58,514 nucleotides of DNA, taken from positions 1-58,514 of the forward strand of contig JBKEBI010000047.1 in the NCBI GenBank assembly GCA_047973085.1, written 5' to 3'. Made by a program: the position numbers and the translations under genes. Below are positions 39,454 through 50,228 of this stretch, piece after piece. The notes below the pieces were generated by a model. It ran no database searches. It had not been told where the DNA came from and saw only the letters and a program-made list of their open reading frames with translations. The DNA is from Bacilli bacterium. Lineage in GTDB: Bacteria; Bacillota_I; Bacilli_A; JBKEDG01. Within the stretch, counting starts at the first letter, position 1. Each line of letters opens with the position of its first letter.

Positions 39454-40380
39454 CTAATTAAAACTTTTTCCAACACTAAGCAATTTGTTTCCATTATAAA
39501 ATTGTAATGCATCCATCACACTTTTTCCTGGAATAATAAGTTTAGTGATTAATATATTTTTATCTTTTGTACAAACTTCAATTCCTTCTTTAGTAATATC
39601 AACAATTACTCCAGCAGTTTTTGTACTTTTTTTGTCAAGTTCTACTACTTCTAATATTTTAATAAAATTGCTATCATACATAACCGTTGCACATGGAAAT
39701 GGATTAAATGCTCTAACCTTATTATAAATATTTCTAGAAGAATCATCAAAATTTAGTAATCTCTCCTTTTTAGAAATATTCGGTGAATAACTTACCTCCA
39801 TACTATTTTGATGAGTTCCACAATTTGGATTTTTTAATATTTTATCAATTGCCAATGGTAGTAATTTAGCGCCTAAGCTCGATAATTTATCATGAACAGT
39901 TGCTAGTGTATCCTTATATTCAATTTTAATTTTTTCCTGAATAAAAATATCTCCTGCATCCATTTCTTTAACCATTTCCATTATTGAAACACCTGTATAT
40001 TCATCACCATTTAAAATTGCTCGATGAATTGGTGCTCCTCCTCTATGCTTTGGTAAAAGTGAAGCATGTACATTTATGGCTTTTATTGTAGCACAATTCA
40101 AAATATTTTCTGATAACATTTGACCATATGCACAAGTAATTATAAAATCTGGACTAATATCATTTATTACTTCAACATGTTCATTAATATTATCAGGTTG
40201 AAAAACCTCTATATCATTTGCAAGTGCAATCTTCTTTATAGGGGTTGCTTTATATTTTTGACCTCTGCCAACTTTTTTATCTGGTTGACTAACAACCAGC
40301 TTTATATCAAATTTTTGTCTAATTAGTTCTTCTAAAACAGCCACACTAAAATCTGGAGTTCCCATAAAAACAACTTTCAT
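39454..40380 (-). CDS. fmt: Methionyl-tRNA formyltransferase
   Basis: FMGTPDF, NVHASLLP..RGGAPI, MDAGD. Confidence 0.97.
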   Translation of the reverse strand: MKVVFMGTPDFSVAVLEELIRQKFDIKLVVSQPDKKVGRGQKYKATPIKKIALANDIEVFQPDNINEHVEVINDISPDFIITCAYGQMLSENILNCATIKAINVHASLLPKHRGGAPIHRAILNGDEYTGVSIMEMVKEMDAGDIFIQEKIKIEYKDTLATVHDKLSSLGAKLLPLAIDKILKNPNCGTHQNSMEVSYSPNISKKERLLNFDDSSRNIYNKVRAFNPFPCATVMYDSNFIKILEVVELDKKSTKTAGVIVDITKEGIEVCTKDKNILITKLIIPGKSVMDALQFYNGNKLLSVGKSFN

Positions 40381-40389
40381 AAACCCCTC

Positions 40390-42516
40390 CTAAAAATCTA
40401 TTGGATTATTATTTATAATTATATTTACTTCTTTTATTTTATTATATTCTCTTACTTTACCTATTATACCAAAAATCTTAGTAAAATGAGAGTGCTTTAC
40501 TAAAATTTGTATTCTATATTGTGAATTTATCTTTTCAATATTAGAAAAATGTGGCTTTGTAGCACTTAAATGTAATTTCTTACATTCTGCAAATAAATCA
40601 TTCATATTTTTTACAAGTAATGATAAATTAGAGGATGTGCCAATAATTTTTGTATATTTAGTAAAAGGTGGGTAATTAAATTTTTCTCTAAACTTTATTT
40701 CACTTTCATAAAAAGATATATAATCGTTACTAATAGCATTTACAAACGCATAATGACTAGTATCATATGTTTGAACTAGGTTGATACTATCATTTAATCC
40801 TCTTGCATTTCTTCCAAGAGATTGTGTAATATATTGAAAAGTTTTCTCACTTGCTTTATATGAATTGATATTCAACATATAATCGGCATCTATTATTGCA
40901 ACTAAACTAACATTTGTAAAATTTAGTCCTTTAGATAAAATTTGTGTGCCAATTAGTCCATCATATTCATGATTAGTAAAACTGTTAAATATTTCACTTA
41001 CTTTAGCTGTTTTAGTTAAAATATCTGTATCAACTCGAGCTATTTTTACATCCCTAAATACTTCGTTCAAGACTTCCTCAATTTTTTGTAAGCCGTACCC
41101 ATATTCACTAAAATCACTACTACCACAATCACAAACAGCATTGGATATTTGATAACTACAGTGATGACATTTCAAAACATTTGAAGTATGTAAATTTAAA
41201 GTAACTTCACAGTTTGGGCATTTCAATGCTTCCCCACATTCATTACAAATTAAATAATTAGCATATCCTCTTCTATTTAAAAGTAATATGAATTGATGAT
41301 TTTTTTTAATAACTTCTCTAATTTTATCCTCAAGATTTTTAGAAATGATCCAGTCAAAATTTGCTTTCATATCTATTATTTCAGTACTAATATTTGAAGT
41401 AGAGTAACTCTTTTCTAAAACATGAAGTTCAATTTTATTATTTTTAGTATTATAAAAAGTGCAAACATCAGGAGTTGCAGATCCAAGGATAATTTTAGCA
41501 TCATGATACTTGCTTCTAATTACTGCAATTTCTTTTGTAGAATATGAAATTTTTGATTCTTGTATATATGAATCGTCATGCTCTTCATCAATAATAATTA
41601 ATCCAAGCGATGTAAAGGGAAGAAAAATACTACTTCTTGTCCCTATTGCTATTTTTACTTTTTTGTCAATAATTTTTCTAAATTGATCATACCTTTCTGT
41701 TGAAGACATTTTACTATGAAAAATAGCAACATCATTATCAAAATGATGAGAAATAATGTTAACAATTTGAGAAGTCAAACTTATTTCTGGTACGAGAAAT
41801 AAAACCTCTTGATTATTCTCTAAACAGTGCTTAATAAGTTCAATATAACATACTGTTTTACCACTTCCAGTACGGCCATGTATTAAATGAATATTACTAC
41901 TACTCTTAAGAATATTTTTAACCACCACTTGTTGCTCATGATTTAATTTTTCATAATAGTTAAGTTTATTTATTTCAAGTGACATGCGATACTCTTCAAT
42001 CTCATACATTTCAATAATATTTTGATTACGTAATTTACCAACTACATATGTACCAAATAATTTATTTACTTCTTTTAAAGTTACATTATCCTTTGAAGTA
42101 ATATATTGAATCACTTTTCTTTCTTTATCTGACATATTATCTTTAGTATTAATAACTCTTAAGCATCTAATAAATTTTTTCTTATCTTTGTTTTTTATAC
42201 TTGCTCGTAGTGCAGGAGGTAAAATTGTATTAATACATTCTATCATTGTTGCTCCATTATGTTCTCTTAGATATTTAATAAGCATCAATTGTTCCTCATT
42301 TAAAAAATCTTTACTAATTGCCTTTATATATTTATAGTTACAGTTGTCATAATTATGAGCAATATCTAAAACAAACCCTTCAATATCTCTATTACCAAAT
42401 GGTACAATAACTTTTTGCCCTATTTTTATATCTTTTTGCATAGCAAAATCAACCAAATAGGAATATGGTTGATCTAAATTGGCATTATTTAGTTCAATAA
42501 CTACACTTACAAGCAT
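40390..42516 (-). CDS. priA: Primosomal protein N'
   Basis: TGSGKT, VPEISLT, DEEH, LNRRGY, Cys-rich region. Confidence 0.94.
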   Translation of the reverse strand: MLVSVVIELNNANLDQPYSYLVDFAMQKDIKIGQKVIVPFGNRDIEGFVLDIAHNYDNCNYKYIKAISKDFLNEEQLMLIKYLREHNGATMIECINTILPPALRASIKNKDKKKFIRCLRVINTKDNMSDKERKVIQYITSKDNVTLKEVNKLFGTYVVGKLRNQNIIEMYEIEEYRMSLEINKLNYYEKLNHEQQVVVKNILKSSSNIHLIHGRTGSGKTVCYIELIKHCLENNQEVLFLVPEISLTSQIVNIISHHFDNDVAIFHSKMSSTERYDQFRKIIDKKVKIAIGTRSSIFLPFTSLGLIIIDEEHDDSYIQESKISYSTKEIAVIRSKYHDAKIILGSATPDVCTFYNTKNNKIELHVLEKSYSTSNISTEIIDMKANFDWIISKNLEDKIREVIKKNHQFILLLNRRGYANYLICNECGEALKCPNCEVTLNLHTSNVLKCHHCSYQISNAVCDCGSSDFSEYGYGLQKIEEVLNEVFRDVKIARVDTDILTKTAKVSEIFNSFTNHEYDGLIGTQILSKGLNFTNVSLVAIIDADYMLNINSYKASEKTFQYITQSLGRNARGLNDSINLVQTYDTSHYAFVNAISNDYISFYESEIKFREKFNYPPFTKYTKIIGTSSNLSLLVKNMNDLFAECKKLHLSATKPHFSNIEKINSQYRIQILVKHSHFTKIFGIIGKVREYNKIKEVNIIINNNPIDF

Positions 42517-42523
42517 AACGCCT

Positions 42524-42550
42524 CCATAAAAAAAGGGAAATAATTCCCTT
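42524..42550 (-). terminator. Terminator-like hairpin between proS and priA
   Basis: Minus strand AAGGGAA-TTAT-TTCCCTTTTTTT. Confidence 0.6.
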
Positions 42551-43775
42551 ATACTAAATCAGAAACTGCAACTAAAATTGGCTCATCAAAATGATTACGG
42601 TATTCAACATATCCATCTTTGAAATCTTTACCAATAATATACTTTCTTGGAATTCCAATTAAATCTGCGTCTTTAAGTTTAGAGCCCATTCGTTCATCAC
42701 GATCATCTATTAAACATTCAAGGCTATCTGCCATAAATTTTTCTTCAAGCTTAAATGCAAATTCCATTTGTTCTTTATTTGCTGTATCACCAACAATAAC
42801 ATGAATATCATATGGAGCAATTTCATCAGGCCACATTACAACTGCATCTTTTGAATGTTGTTCTAATACAGCCATTGTAATTCTACTTATCCCAATTCCA
42901 TAACATCCCATTACGATTGGAATTAAATTACCAGCAGCATTATTTATGTTTGCATTTAAAGCCTCTGAATATTTTGTACCAAGTTGAAAAATATGTCCTA
43001 ACTCAATACCTTTTGCCTCTTCAATTTCACTATCACACTTTGGACATGGAGCACCTTCAAATAAGTCACTAACTTCCTGATTAGCACTATATCCACACTT
43101 TCTACAGAATGTTATAGTATCTTCACCTATTTCACAAAGCGCCATAAATTCATGACTAGAAGTTCCACCAATATCTCCGTTATCAGCTTCTATTCTAACA
43201 AAATCAAGCCCACATCTCGTAAAAATATTGCTATATACTTCACTAACTTTATCATACCATTCTTGTAAACATTCCTGTGACTCATGAAAAGTATATAAAT
43301 CTTTCATAATAAATTCTCTACCACGCATTAATCCAAACCTTGGTCTAAATTCATCTCTAAATTTATTTTGTATTTGATATAAACCAAATGGCAATTTTTT
43401 GTATGATTTTACATGAGTTTTAACAATATCAGTAATCACTTCTTCATGTGTTGGACCAAGACAAAATTCACGTTCATGTCTATCAGTTAATCTCATTAAG
43501 TTATCGCCATATGCATCCCATCTTCCAGTCTGATCCCAAAGTGTTTTAGGTTGTAAAACTGGCATATATAATTCTGAACATCCTATTTTATTATGCTCCT
43601 GTCTTGTAATTTCTGAAATCTTTTTTATTACTCTATAGCCTATAGGTAAATAGGAATATACTCCTGCTGCAGTTTGATGAGCATACCCTCCCCTAAGTAA
43701 TATTTTATGTGACTGAATTACAGCATCGTTACTTACTTCTTTTAATGTTGGAATAAATTCTAAACTTTGTCTCAT
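42549..43775 (-). CDS. proS: Proline--tRNA ligase, bacterial type lacking the INS editing domain
   Basis: GPTHEE, KFRDEFRPRFGLMRGREFIMKD, GIELGHIFQLG, MGCYGIG, DDRDER; only 408 aa. Confidence 0.96.
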   Translation of the reverse strand: MRQSLEFIPTLKEVSNDAVIQSHKILLRGGYAHQTAAGVYSYLPIGYRVIKKISEITRQEHNKIGCSELYMPVLQPKTLWDQTGRWDAYGDNLMRLTDRHEREFCLGPTHEEVITDIVKTHVKSYKKLPFGLYQIQNKFRDEFRPRFGLMRGREFIMKDLYTFHESQECLQEWYDKVSEVYSNIFTRCGLDFVRIEADNGDIGGTSSHEFMALCEIGEDTITFCRKCGYSANQEVSDLFEGAPCPKCDSEIEEAKGIELGHIFQLGTKYSEALNANINNAAGNLIPIVMGCYGIGISRITMAVLEQHSKDAVVMWPDEIAPYDIHVIVGDTANKEQMEFAFKLEEKFMADSLECLIDDRDERMGSKLKDADLIGIPRKYIIGKDFKDGYVEYRNHFDEPILVAVSDLV

Positions 43776-43785
43776 ATTTTCACCT

Positions 43786-44811
43786 CTATATTAAATTCAT
43801 TATATCTTTAAAAGTAATTAAAACCATTAGTAATAGTAAAAAAATTACTCCTCCTATTGATAACCCTACATACAACTTTCTTGGTAAATCTCTTTTAGTA
43901 AAAAATTCACCAATTGAAATCAAAATCTTACTTCCATCAAGCCCTGGTATTGGAAGTAAATTTACAACTCCTAAATTAATTGATAGTAATGCAATCATTT
44001 GCATTAAATAAATAAATCCTACTTCAACAGATCTTCCGATTTCACCAACAATCATAACGGGGCCACCCACATTATCTTTCATTGTAGAAAATTTTACAAT
44101 TAGTTGAGCAAATGCACCAAACATTGCAACAGTCATAGAAATAAACTGTGCAAAAGAGTTTTTTAAAATCATAAAAATATTTCTAGAAACATTAATGCGA
44201 TCATAGGAAATACCAATTGTATAATCTTCACTAATATCTTGTTTATCGATAGTAATAATATTTCCATTTTTCTCAAAAACTATATTTAAATCCCCTGATT
44301 TTTTTGCATCATTAATATCAGTAACCATTGTATCAAAATCAATAACTTCTTTACCATTAACTTCAATAATTTTATATCCATTTTCTATACCATATTCTTC
44401 AGCAACACTATTTTCCAAGACTTCACCAACAACAGGTACGCTTTCTCCAATTCCTATATAAAAATTTATACCAACAATTATTATAAAACCTAAAATAAAA
44501 TTAAAAAATGCACCAGCAAAAATAATCATTGCCTGTTTTAATTTATGTACATCATTAAGTCTTCTTCCCTCAGGTGCTTCTTCACCTTCATCATTTTCAC
44601 CAGCCATTGAAACAAATCCTCCAATTGGAATTGCTCTTATTGAATAATTTGTCTCGCCATATTTCCTAGAAAATAATTTGGGTCCCATACCTAAAGAAAA
44701 TTCATAACAATATACACCATATTTTTTTGCAAACAATAAATGTCCTAATTCATGTACAAAAATTATTACACCAAAAACAACTATTGCTACTAATATGGTT
44801 ACTACATCCAT
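43786..44811 (-). CDS. rseP: RIP metalloprotease RseP
   Basis: HELGH, PDZ domain, NLLPIPGLDG. Confidence 0.95.
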   Translation of the reverse strand: MDVVTILVAIVVFGVIIFVHELGHLLFAKKYGVYCYEFSLGMGPKLFSRKYGETNYSIRAIPIGGFVSMAGENDEGEEAPEGRRLNDVHKLKQAMIIFAGAFFNFILGFIIIVGINFYIGIGESVPVVGEVLENSVAEEYGIENGYKIIEVNGKEVIDFDTMVTDINDAKKSGDLNIVFEKNGNIITIDKQDISEDYTIGISYDRINVSRNIFMILKNSFAQFISMTVAMFGAFAQLIVKFSTMKDNVGGPVMIVGEIGRSVEVGFIYLMQMIALLSINLGVVNLLPIPGLDGSKILISIGEFFTKRDLPRKLYVGLSIGGVIFLLLLMVLITFKDIMNLI

Positions 44812-45953
44812 GAAATCAACTCCTTAACCTCTGCCCTAACATCACCATCTACTTTTATTATATCATTTAATGTAGGATTTTTTACAACTTTATGATTATT
44901 CATTGCATTTTTTATAACCTCTTCAATTTGTAAAAAACTAATTTTTTTATTTAAAAATGCTTCTACTGCTACTTCATTAGCAGCATTTAACACAGCAGGC
45001 ATTGTATGCCCAATTTTTCCTGCTTCATATGCATACGCAACACATGGAAATCTATCAAAGCTAAGTTTCTTAAAGTTAAGAGTAGCAATACTAACTAAAT
45101 CAAGTTCAGCTTTTTTAGTAGGAAGTCGATTTGGATAACTTAGTGCATAAGAAATTGGAGTTGTCATGTCGGCTGTACCTAACTGAGCCATGACACTATT
45201 ATCGCAAAACTCAACCATTGAATGAATTATACTCTCATAATGTAGAACAACATCAATATTATCATAATCTACATTAAACAAATGATGAGCCTCTATTATT
45301 TCAAGACCTTTATTCATCATTGTTGCTGAGTCAATTGTAATTTTTTGTCCCATTGACCAATTTGGATGGTTTAGTGCATCCTCAACTGTAACAGTTTTTA
45401 ACTCATCTCTATTCATATTTCTAAATGAGCCTCCACTTGCAGTTAAAATAATTTTTTTAACCTCTTTAGGATTTTCACCACTTAGACACTGAAATATTGC
45501 GCTGTGTTCAGAATCGATTGGAAAAATATTGACACCACACTCTCTCGCTTTTTTCATTACAATTTCGCCAGCAATAACTAAAGTTTCTTTATTAGCTAGA
45601 CAAACAGTCTTTCTATTCTCAATTGCAATAAGCGTAGGAACCAAGCCTACACTTCCAACCACGCTATTAACAAATATATCATATTCAAAAGCAGCGATTT
45701 TGCTCAATCCTTCTTCACCGTACATAAACTCTACAGTAGTGTACTTATTACATAATTTACTATATGTACTTTTTTCAATACAAGAAACTACCTTAGGATT
45801 AAATTCTTCAATAATCTCACATGCTTTTTCATACTCAAAATCATATCCAAAGCTCATTGCTACTAAATTAAATTTTTCAGAGTTATTTCTTATAACTTCT
45901 AAAGTTTGAGTACCAATTGATCCTGTAACACCAATTATTGCAATATTTTTCAT
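44802..45953 (-). CDS. dxr: 1-deoxy-D-xylulose-5-phosphate reductoisomerase
   Basis: GVTGSIG, LANKE, PIDSEHSA, HPNWSMG.KITIDSATMMNKGLE. Confidence 0.97.
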   Translation of the reverse strand: MKNIAIIGVTGSIGTQTLEVIRNNSEKFNLVAMSFGYDFEYEKACEIIEEFNPKVVSCIEKSTYSKLCNKYTTVEFMYGEEGLSKIAAFEYDIFVNSVVGSVGLVPTLIAIENRKTVCLANKETLVIAGEIVMKKARECGVNIFPIDSEHSAIFQCLSGENPKEVKKIILTASGGSFRNMNRDELKTVTVEDALNHPNWSMGQKITIDSATMMNKGLEIIEAHHLFNVDYDNIDVVLHYESIIHSMVEFCDNSVMAQLGTADMTTPISYALSYPNRLPTKKAELDLVSIATLNFKKLSFDRFPCVAYAYEAGKIGHTMPAVLNAANEVAVEAFLNKKISFLQIEEVIKNAMNNHKVVKNPTLNDIIKVDGDVRAEVKELISWM

Positions 45954-45962
45954 AATACGCTC

Positions 45963-46739
45963 CTATATATATATAAATATCACTGAAATAACGATAAAAT
46001 TAAATAATATGCTATCAAATCTATCTAAAATACCACCATGACCAGGGATAAGATTACTGTAATCTTTTATTGCAAATGTTCTTTTGATTGTACTTGCAAC
46101 TAAATCCCCAATTTGTGAAAGAATGACAACAATCAGTGTTATTATAATTATTTCTTTTTTATTAAAATCAAAATTCTGTAAGTAAAAATAGCTAAATAAT
46201 GAAGCAAATATAGTAGCACTTATTACTCCTTCCCACGTTTTCTTAGGACTAATTTTCTCAATTAGCTTATGTTTTCCAAATAACATTCCTCCAAAATAAC
46301 CAAAAGTATCAGCAATTACTGCTATTAAAATGGGATAAAAAAATACAAGTAGGGAAAAATTTATTTTTATATTAACTAAAGAATTAAAGCCAAGTACCAA
46401 ATAAATAGTCATTGTAAAAATTACACTAATGTCAGTAAAGTTAAACTTTTCTAAATTTTGATAAAGAACAACAGTTATTACTAATACTAAAAACATAATT
46501 ATAAAATAGTGTGCATCAAGCATTCCCCAAAAATAGGAGTACAAACAAGTAAATATTAAAAACAAGTACATTTCCATTCTAATAATGAATGGAACTCTTT
46601 TTTGTGTATTAATCAATTCATTTCCAGCAATTAATGAAATAAAAGCCACCATTATTGTAAAAACTATGTCATTAGCGACTGCAATTAATAAATATGCAAG
46701 AATTATCATAATTATTGCCCATACTATTCTCGTTTTCAT
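45963..46739 (-). CDS. cdsA: Phosphatidate cytidylyltransferase
   Basis: ISPKKTWEG, GDLVAS.IKR, IPGHGGILDRFDS. Confidence 0.95.
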   Translation of the reverse strand: MKTRIVWAIIMIILAYLLIAVANDIVFTIMVAFISLIAGNELINTQKRVPFIIRMEMYLFLIFTCLYSYFWGMLDAHYFIIMFLVLVITVVLYQNLEKFNFTDISVIFTMTIYLVLGFNSLVNIKINFSLLVFFYPILIAVIADTFGYFGGMLFGKHKLIEKISPKKTWEGVISATIFASLFSYFYLQNFDFNKKEIIIITLIVVILSQIGDLVASTIKRTFAIKDYSNLIPGHGGILDRFDSILFNFIVISVIFIYI

Positions 46740-46740
46740 A

Positions 46741-47424
46741 TTAAATTCCTCCAAACCTTCTATTGCGTTTCATATATTGCTCTATTGATTCATCAACCAT
46801 CTTGAAAGTTAGTTCTGGCCAATAACAATCTAAAAAAATCATTTCACTATATGCAAGTTGCCATAAAAAATAATTAGAAATACGTTTTTCTCCACTAGTT
46901 CTAATCAGTAAATCAACATCATCTGGTTCATACAAATACTTAGAAAATTCAGCTTCATCTAAACTTTCTACTGAAATATCATTTTCAATAATTTTTTTTG
47001 CAGCATCGACAATTTCATTTCTACCACCATAGTTAAAGCATAAATTAAGAGTCATCTCACTGCAGTCCTTTGTCAAATCTTCATATTTATCAAATAGCTT
47101 AATTAAATTTTTATCTAAACCATTTCTTGAACCAATAAATTTCAATTTAACATTCTCTTCTAAAAATAACTTATACCACTTATTTAACTTTACATCTAAC
47201 ATTTTAATGATAAATGCCACTTCAACCACAGGACGTTTCCAATTTTCAGTTGAAAAAATATAAAATGATACTTTTTCTAAACTATAATTTTTCTTTAAAT
47301 GTATTGCAATATCTTTTACAACATCACTTCCTACACTATGACCATACGTTCTTTCCCTATGCTGCTTTTTAGCCCATCTTCCATTACCATCACATATAAA
47401 TGCAATGTGTTTAATATTTGTCAT
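46741..47424 (-). CDS. uppS: Undecaprenyl/polyprenyl diphosphate synthase
   Basis: DGNGRWA, FSTENWKRP, IRTSGE.RISN. Confidence 0.96.
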   Translation of the reverse strand: MTNIKHIAFICDGNGRWAKKQHRERTYGHSVGSDVVKDIAIHLKKNYSLEKVSFYIFSTENWKRPVVEVAFIIKMLDVKLNKWYKLFLEENVKLKFIGSRNGLDKNLIKLFDKYEDLTKDCSEMTLNLCFNYGGRNEIVDAAKKIIENDISVESLDEAEFSKYLYEPDDVDLLIRTSGEKRISNYFLWQLAYSEMIFLDCYWPELTFKMVDESIEQYMKRNRRFGGI

Positions 47425-47426
47425 AT

Positions 47427-48056
47427 CTATTCACCATACTTTATAAGAAACTTATTGTTTCTTAATTCTTCTTTTAAAGTTGTTTCAGCTCCATGTCCAG
47501 GTAAAATAAAATAATTCTTTTTTATTTTAGAAAAATTTTTTAAACTTCTAATCATCATCTCCATAGATGAATCAAAAAAATCTGTTCTACCAATAGTTTC
47601 TTTAAAAATAAAATCTCCTGTAAAAGCAAACTCATCAATTAAATATGTAACACACGCTTTAGTATGCCCATATGTCTTCACACACTCAATTTCAAAATTT
47701 CCTATTTTAAACTTATTCATTGTAGGTTTAGCAACAGATTTAATCGCTACTTTATTAGGTGCATTATTGCTTATTGCTGACAAATTTAAATTTGGATTCT
47801 TCAAATATTCAATTGCATTATTATCACAGTATACAACACAATCATATTTATCTACAAAATAGTCTACCGAATAAATATGATCATAGTGAGCATGAGTTAA
47901 GAGAATTCCTATAACATTTAAACCACTATCAATAATATTCTTATCAATTAGTTCATAGTCAATACTAGGATCAATTAATAAACAATCAGGACTATCGTTG
48001 TATAATAAGTAAGTATTATTGGCTATAATACCATTCACTATTTTTATATATTTCAT
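47427..48056 (-). CDS. MBL-fold metallo-hydrolase (glyoxalase II-like)
   Basis: THAHYDH, GHT, TGD, PGHG. Confidence 0.9.
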   Translation of the reverse strand: MKYIKIVNGIIANNTYLLYNDSPDCLLIDPSIDYELIDKNIIDSGLNVIGILLTHAHYDHIYSVDYFVDKYDCVVYCDNNAIEYLKNPNLNLSAISNNAPNKVAIKSVAKPTMNKFKIGNFEIECVKTYGHTKACVTYLIDEFAFTGDFIFKETIGRTDFFDSSMEMMIRSLKNFSKIKKNYFILPGHGAETTLKEELRNNKFLIKYGE

Positions 48057-48071
48057 AATATACTCCTTAAA

Positions 48072-48983
48072 TTAATCATATTCATATAGATATATATAAT
48101 ACTTATCTACCCCCTCTATTTTACTATATTTTTGCCTATTTGTAAAAAAGGAATTTTCATTTGCTATATAAATAATTTTTAATTCACTAGAAATTGAAGG
48201 TAAAGAAATAAATTTTAAGTTAATTCCATTAATAAAAATCATACTGCTACTTCTAATTTCAAAGAAGTATCTTCCATACTTTTCTAATACAATGTCATCA
48301 ACAATAATATTATCTATTTTTGAAATTGGCTTTTTTATTAAAAGCTTTAACATATTGCATTCACCACTTAGTTTATTATATGAACAATTAGTTTTAAAAA
48401 TTAATAAATTAAGGATGTAGCAATATACAAGATTATTTCCAATAATGTTCTTATTAAAAAGTAAAAAAATAGCTGAAAAGTAAATAAAAAATTTAAATTT
48501 AAAACTAAATATTACTAAAATAACTGCTAATAAAACATAGTAGTCTTTATATAACATTAGATGCAAAAATAATATCATTAATAAGTTGTTAATTATTAAC
48601 ATTGCATTACTTTTTACATTAATAATACCTATATATATAAGAAAAGAAACCTTTATATTTATAAATATTGCAATTATTGATAATAATGATAAAAAATAAA
48701 AAATTATTTTATTATAAATACTACTATCTAATTTATTGCTAATACATAAATATTTTTGAGGTTTCTCAATGATTGTACTTGATAATACAAGTTTATTATC
48801 AACAATACCTTTTATATATTCTATTTGAATTTTATTTTCACTTATATAACATATAATAGTTTTGCTTTTTAATATTCTATTGTATTTTAAATTTTTTAAA
48901 ATACATAACTGCTCTAATTCTTTTAAACAAAAAACATTATACATTTTAATGCAGTATTTGAGTATTTTTACATAGAATAACAT
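48072..48983 (-). CDS. Extremely AT-rich hypothetical membrane protein
   Basis: 303-aa open frame with GGTGA RBS and central hydrophobic segments; no recognised motif. Confidence 0.5.
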   Translation of the reverse strand: MLFYVKILKYCIKMYNVFCLKELEQLCILKNLKYNRILKSKTIICYISENKIQIEYIKGIVDNKLVLSSTIIEKPQKYLCISNKLDSSIYNKIIFYFLSLLSIIAIFINIKVSFLIYIGIINVKSNAMLIINNLLMILFLHLMLYKDYYVLLAVILVIFSFKFKFFIYFSAIFLLFNKNIIGNNLVYCYILNLLIFKTNCSYNKLSGECNMLKLLIKKPISKIDNIIVDDIVLEKYGRYFFEIRSSSMIFINGINLKFISLPSISSELKIIYIANENSFFTNRQKYSKIEGVDKYYIYLYEYD

Positions 48984-49016
48984 ATTTCATCACCATATAT
49001 ATATTCTATAAATAAT

Positions 49017-50216
49017 TTATGATTCCTCTGTGCATACTCCATTTTTTAAAGAATTTGAAACAACATATGTACCTAACACAGAAAACACAAGAGTTCCAGT
49101 AAGAACAATAAGCTTAACTTCATTTCCTTCACTTTCAGGTAAAACAGCTTGAGCACTTAAAGCTAGACCTATTTCTACACCTCCTAGTGGGAGTAGTGAG
49201 AGTCCGATTTGTCTGTTATATTTCTTTTTATGGTGTGTTAGCTTTCCACCTATTTTCCCTCCAAAATATTTACCTAATGTTCTTACAATAACATATACAA
49301 TACCAATATACCAAACTGAAGAAATTGCTCCAAGATTAATTTGAATACCTGCAATAGTAAAAAACGCTATTAGAAAAGGTAATGCAAATAAATCAACTAC
49401 TTTAGATTCAAGTGAAAACACTTGCTTATCAACAACATTTGTAAATGCAAGCCCCGCAACTAAAGGTAATAAAACTGTTGAACCATTAAATAGATAAGCA
49501 AATGATAGACTCAAAATAACCGAAACAAAAGTTGTTTCAAGGAAAAAACCTAAATCATCATCATTTTTCTTTTTAGCGAAAGTATTAATTAAAAATCCAA
49601 GTCCTATTCCAATTACAATACCAAAAAATACTGAAATTGACAGTTCAATAATTGCTGGCTCTAATAAATCAAGTATATGTAACTTCGCCTCAGAATGGTA
49701 CCCTTTTTCCACGAATACTTTTGCTATACCAAACACAACAATTCCAATAGCATCATCAAGAGCGCAAATTGCAATAGAGTCATCTACAATATTATTCTTT
49801 AGTTTAAACTGTTTTTTAATCATCAAAATTGGTGCTGGAGAAGTTGAAGAGGCCAATGCTCCTAAAAGCAGAGCAATAAAAATATTCATTCCTAGTAAAT
49901 ACATTGCAAGCGTGACAACTAAACATGTAAATACAACTTCAAAAGCTGCAATTGCAACTAAAGCAACCCCACTTTTTTTTAATTTAGGAATAAAAAGTTC
50001 AGTACCTACACTAAAAGCCAAAAATGCAAGGGCTATGTCAGTTAATGGATACAATCCTTCTACTACATCTGTGGGAATTAAATTAAGAACAGATGGACCT
50101 ACAATCACCCCTGCAATAATATACCCTGCAATTGATGGTAATTTAATTTTACTCATTGCATGTCCTAAAATTGCTCCAAACGCAACAATAATTCCAATAA
50201 ACATAATTCCCTGCAT
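49017..50216 (-). CDS. Cation:proton antiporter (CPA2/Kef-NapA-like)
   Basis: LPSIAGYIIAGVIVGP, STSPA, ALDD, R.LGKY.G. Confidence 0.88.
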   Translation of the reverse strand: MQGIMFIGIIVAFGAILGHAMSKIKLPSIAGYIIAGVIVGPSVLNLIPTDVVEGLYPLTDIALAFLAFSVGTELFIPKLKKSGVALVAIAAFEVVFTCLVVTLAMYLLGMNIFIALLLGALASSTSPAPILMIKKQFKLKNNIVDDSIAICALDDAIGIVVFGIAKVFVEKGYHSEAKLHILDLLEPAIIELSISVFFGIVIGIGLGFLINTFAKKKNDDDLGFFLETTFVSVILSLSFAYLFNGSTVLLPLVAGLAFTNVVDKQVFSLESKVVDLFALPFLIAFFTIAGIQINLGAISSVWYIGIVYVIVRTLGKYFGGKIGGKLTHHKKKYNRQIGLSLLPLGGVEIGLALSAQAVLPESEGNEVKLIVLTGTLVFSVLGTYVVSNSLKNGVCTEES

Positions 50217-50228
50217 TTAAATCACCCT

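Noticed and set aside
41120-41250. PriA last zinc knuckle reads CxC (CDCGS) instead of CxxC
   Set aside because: All eight Cys are present and the frame is intact, so this is most likely a tolerated one-residue deletion.
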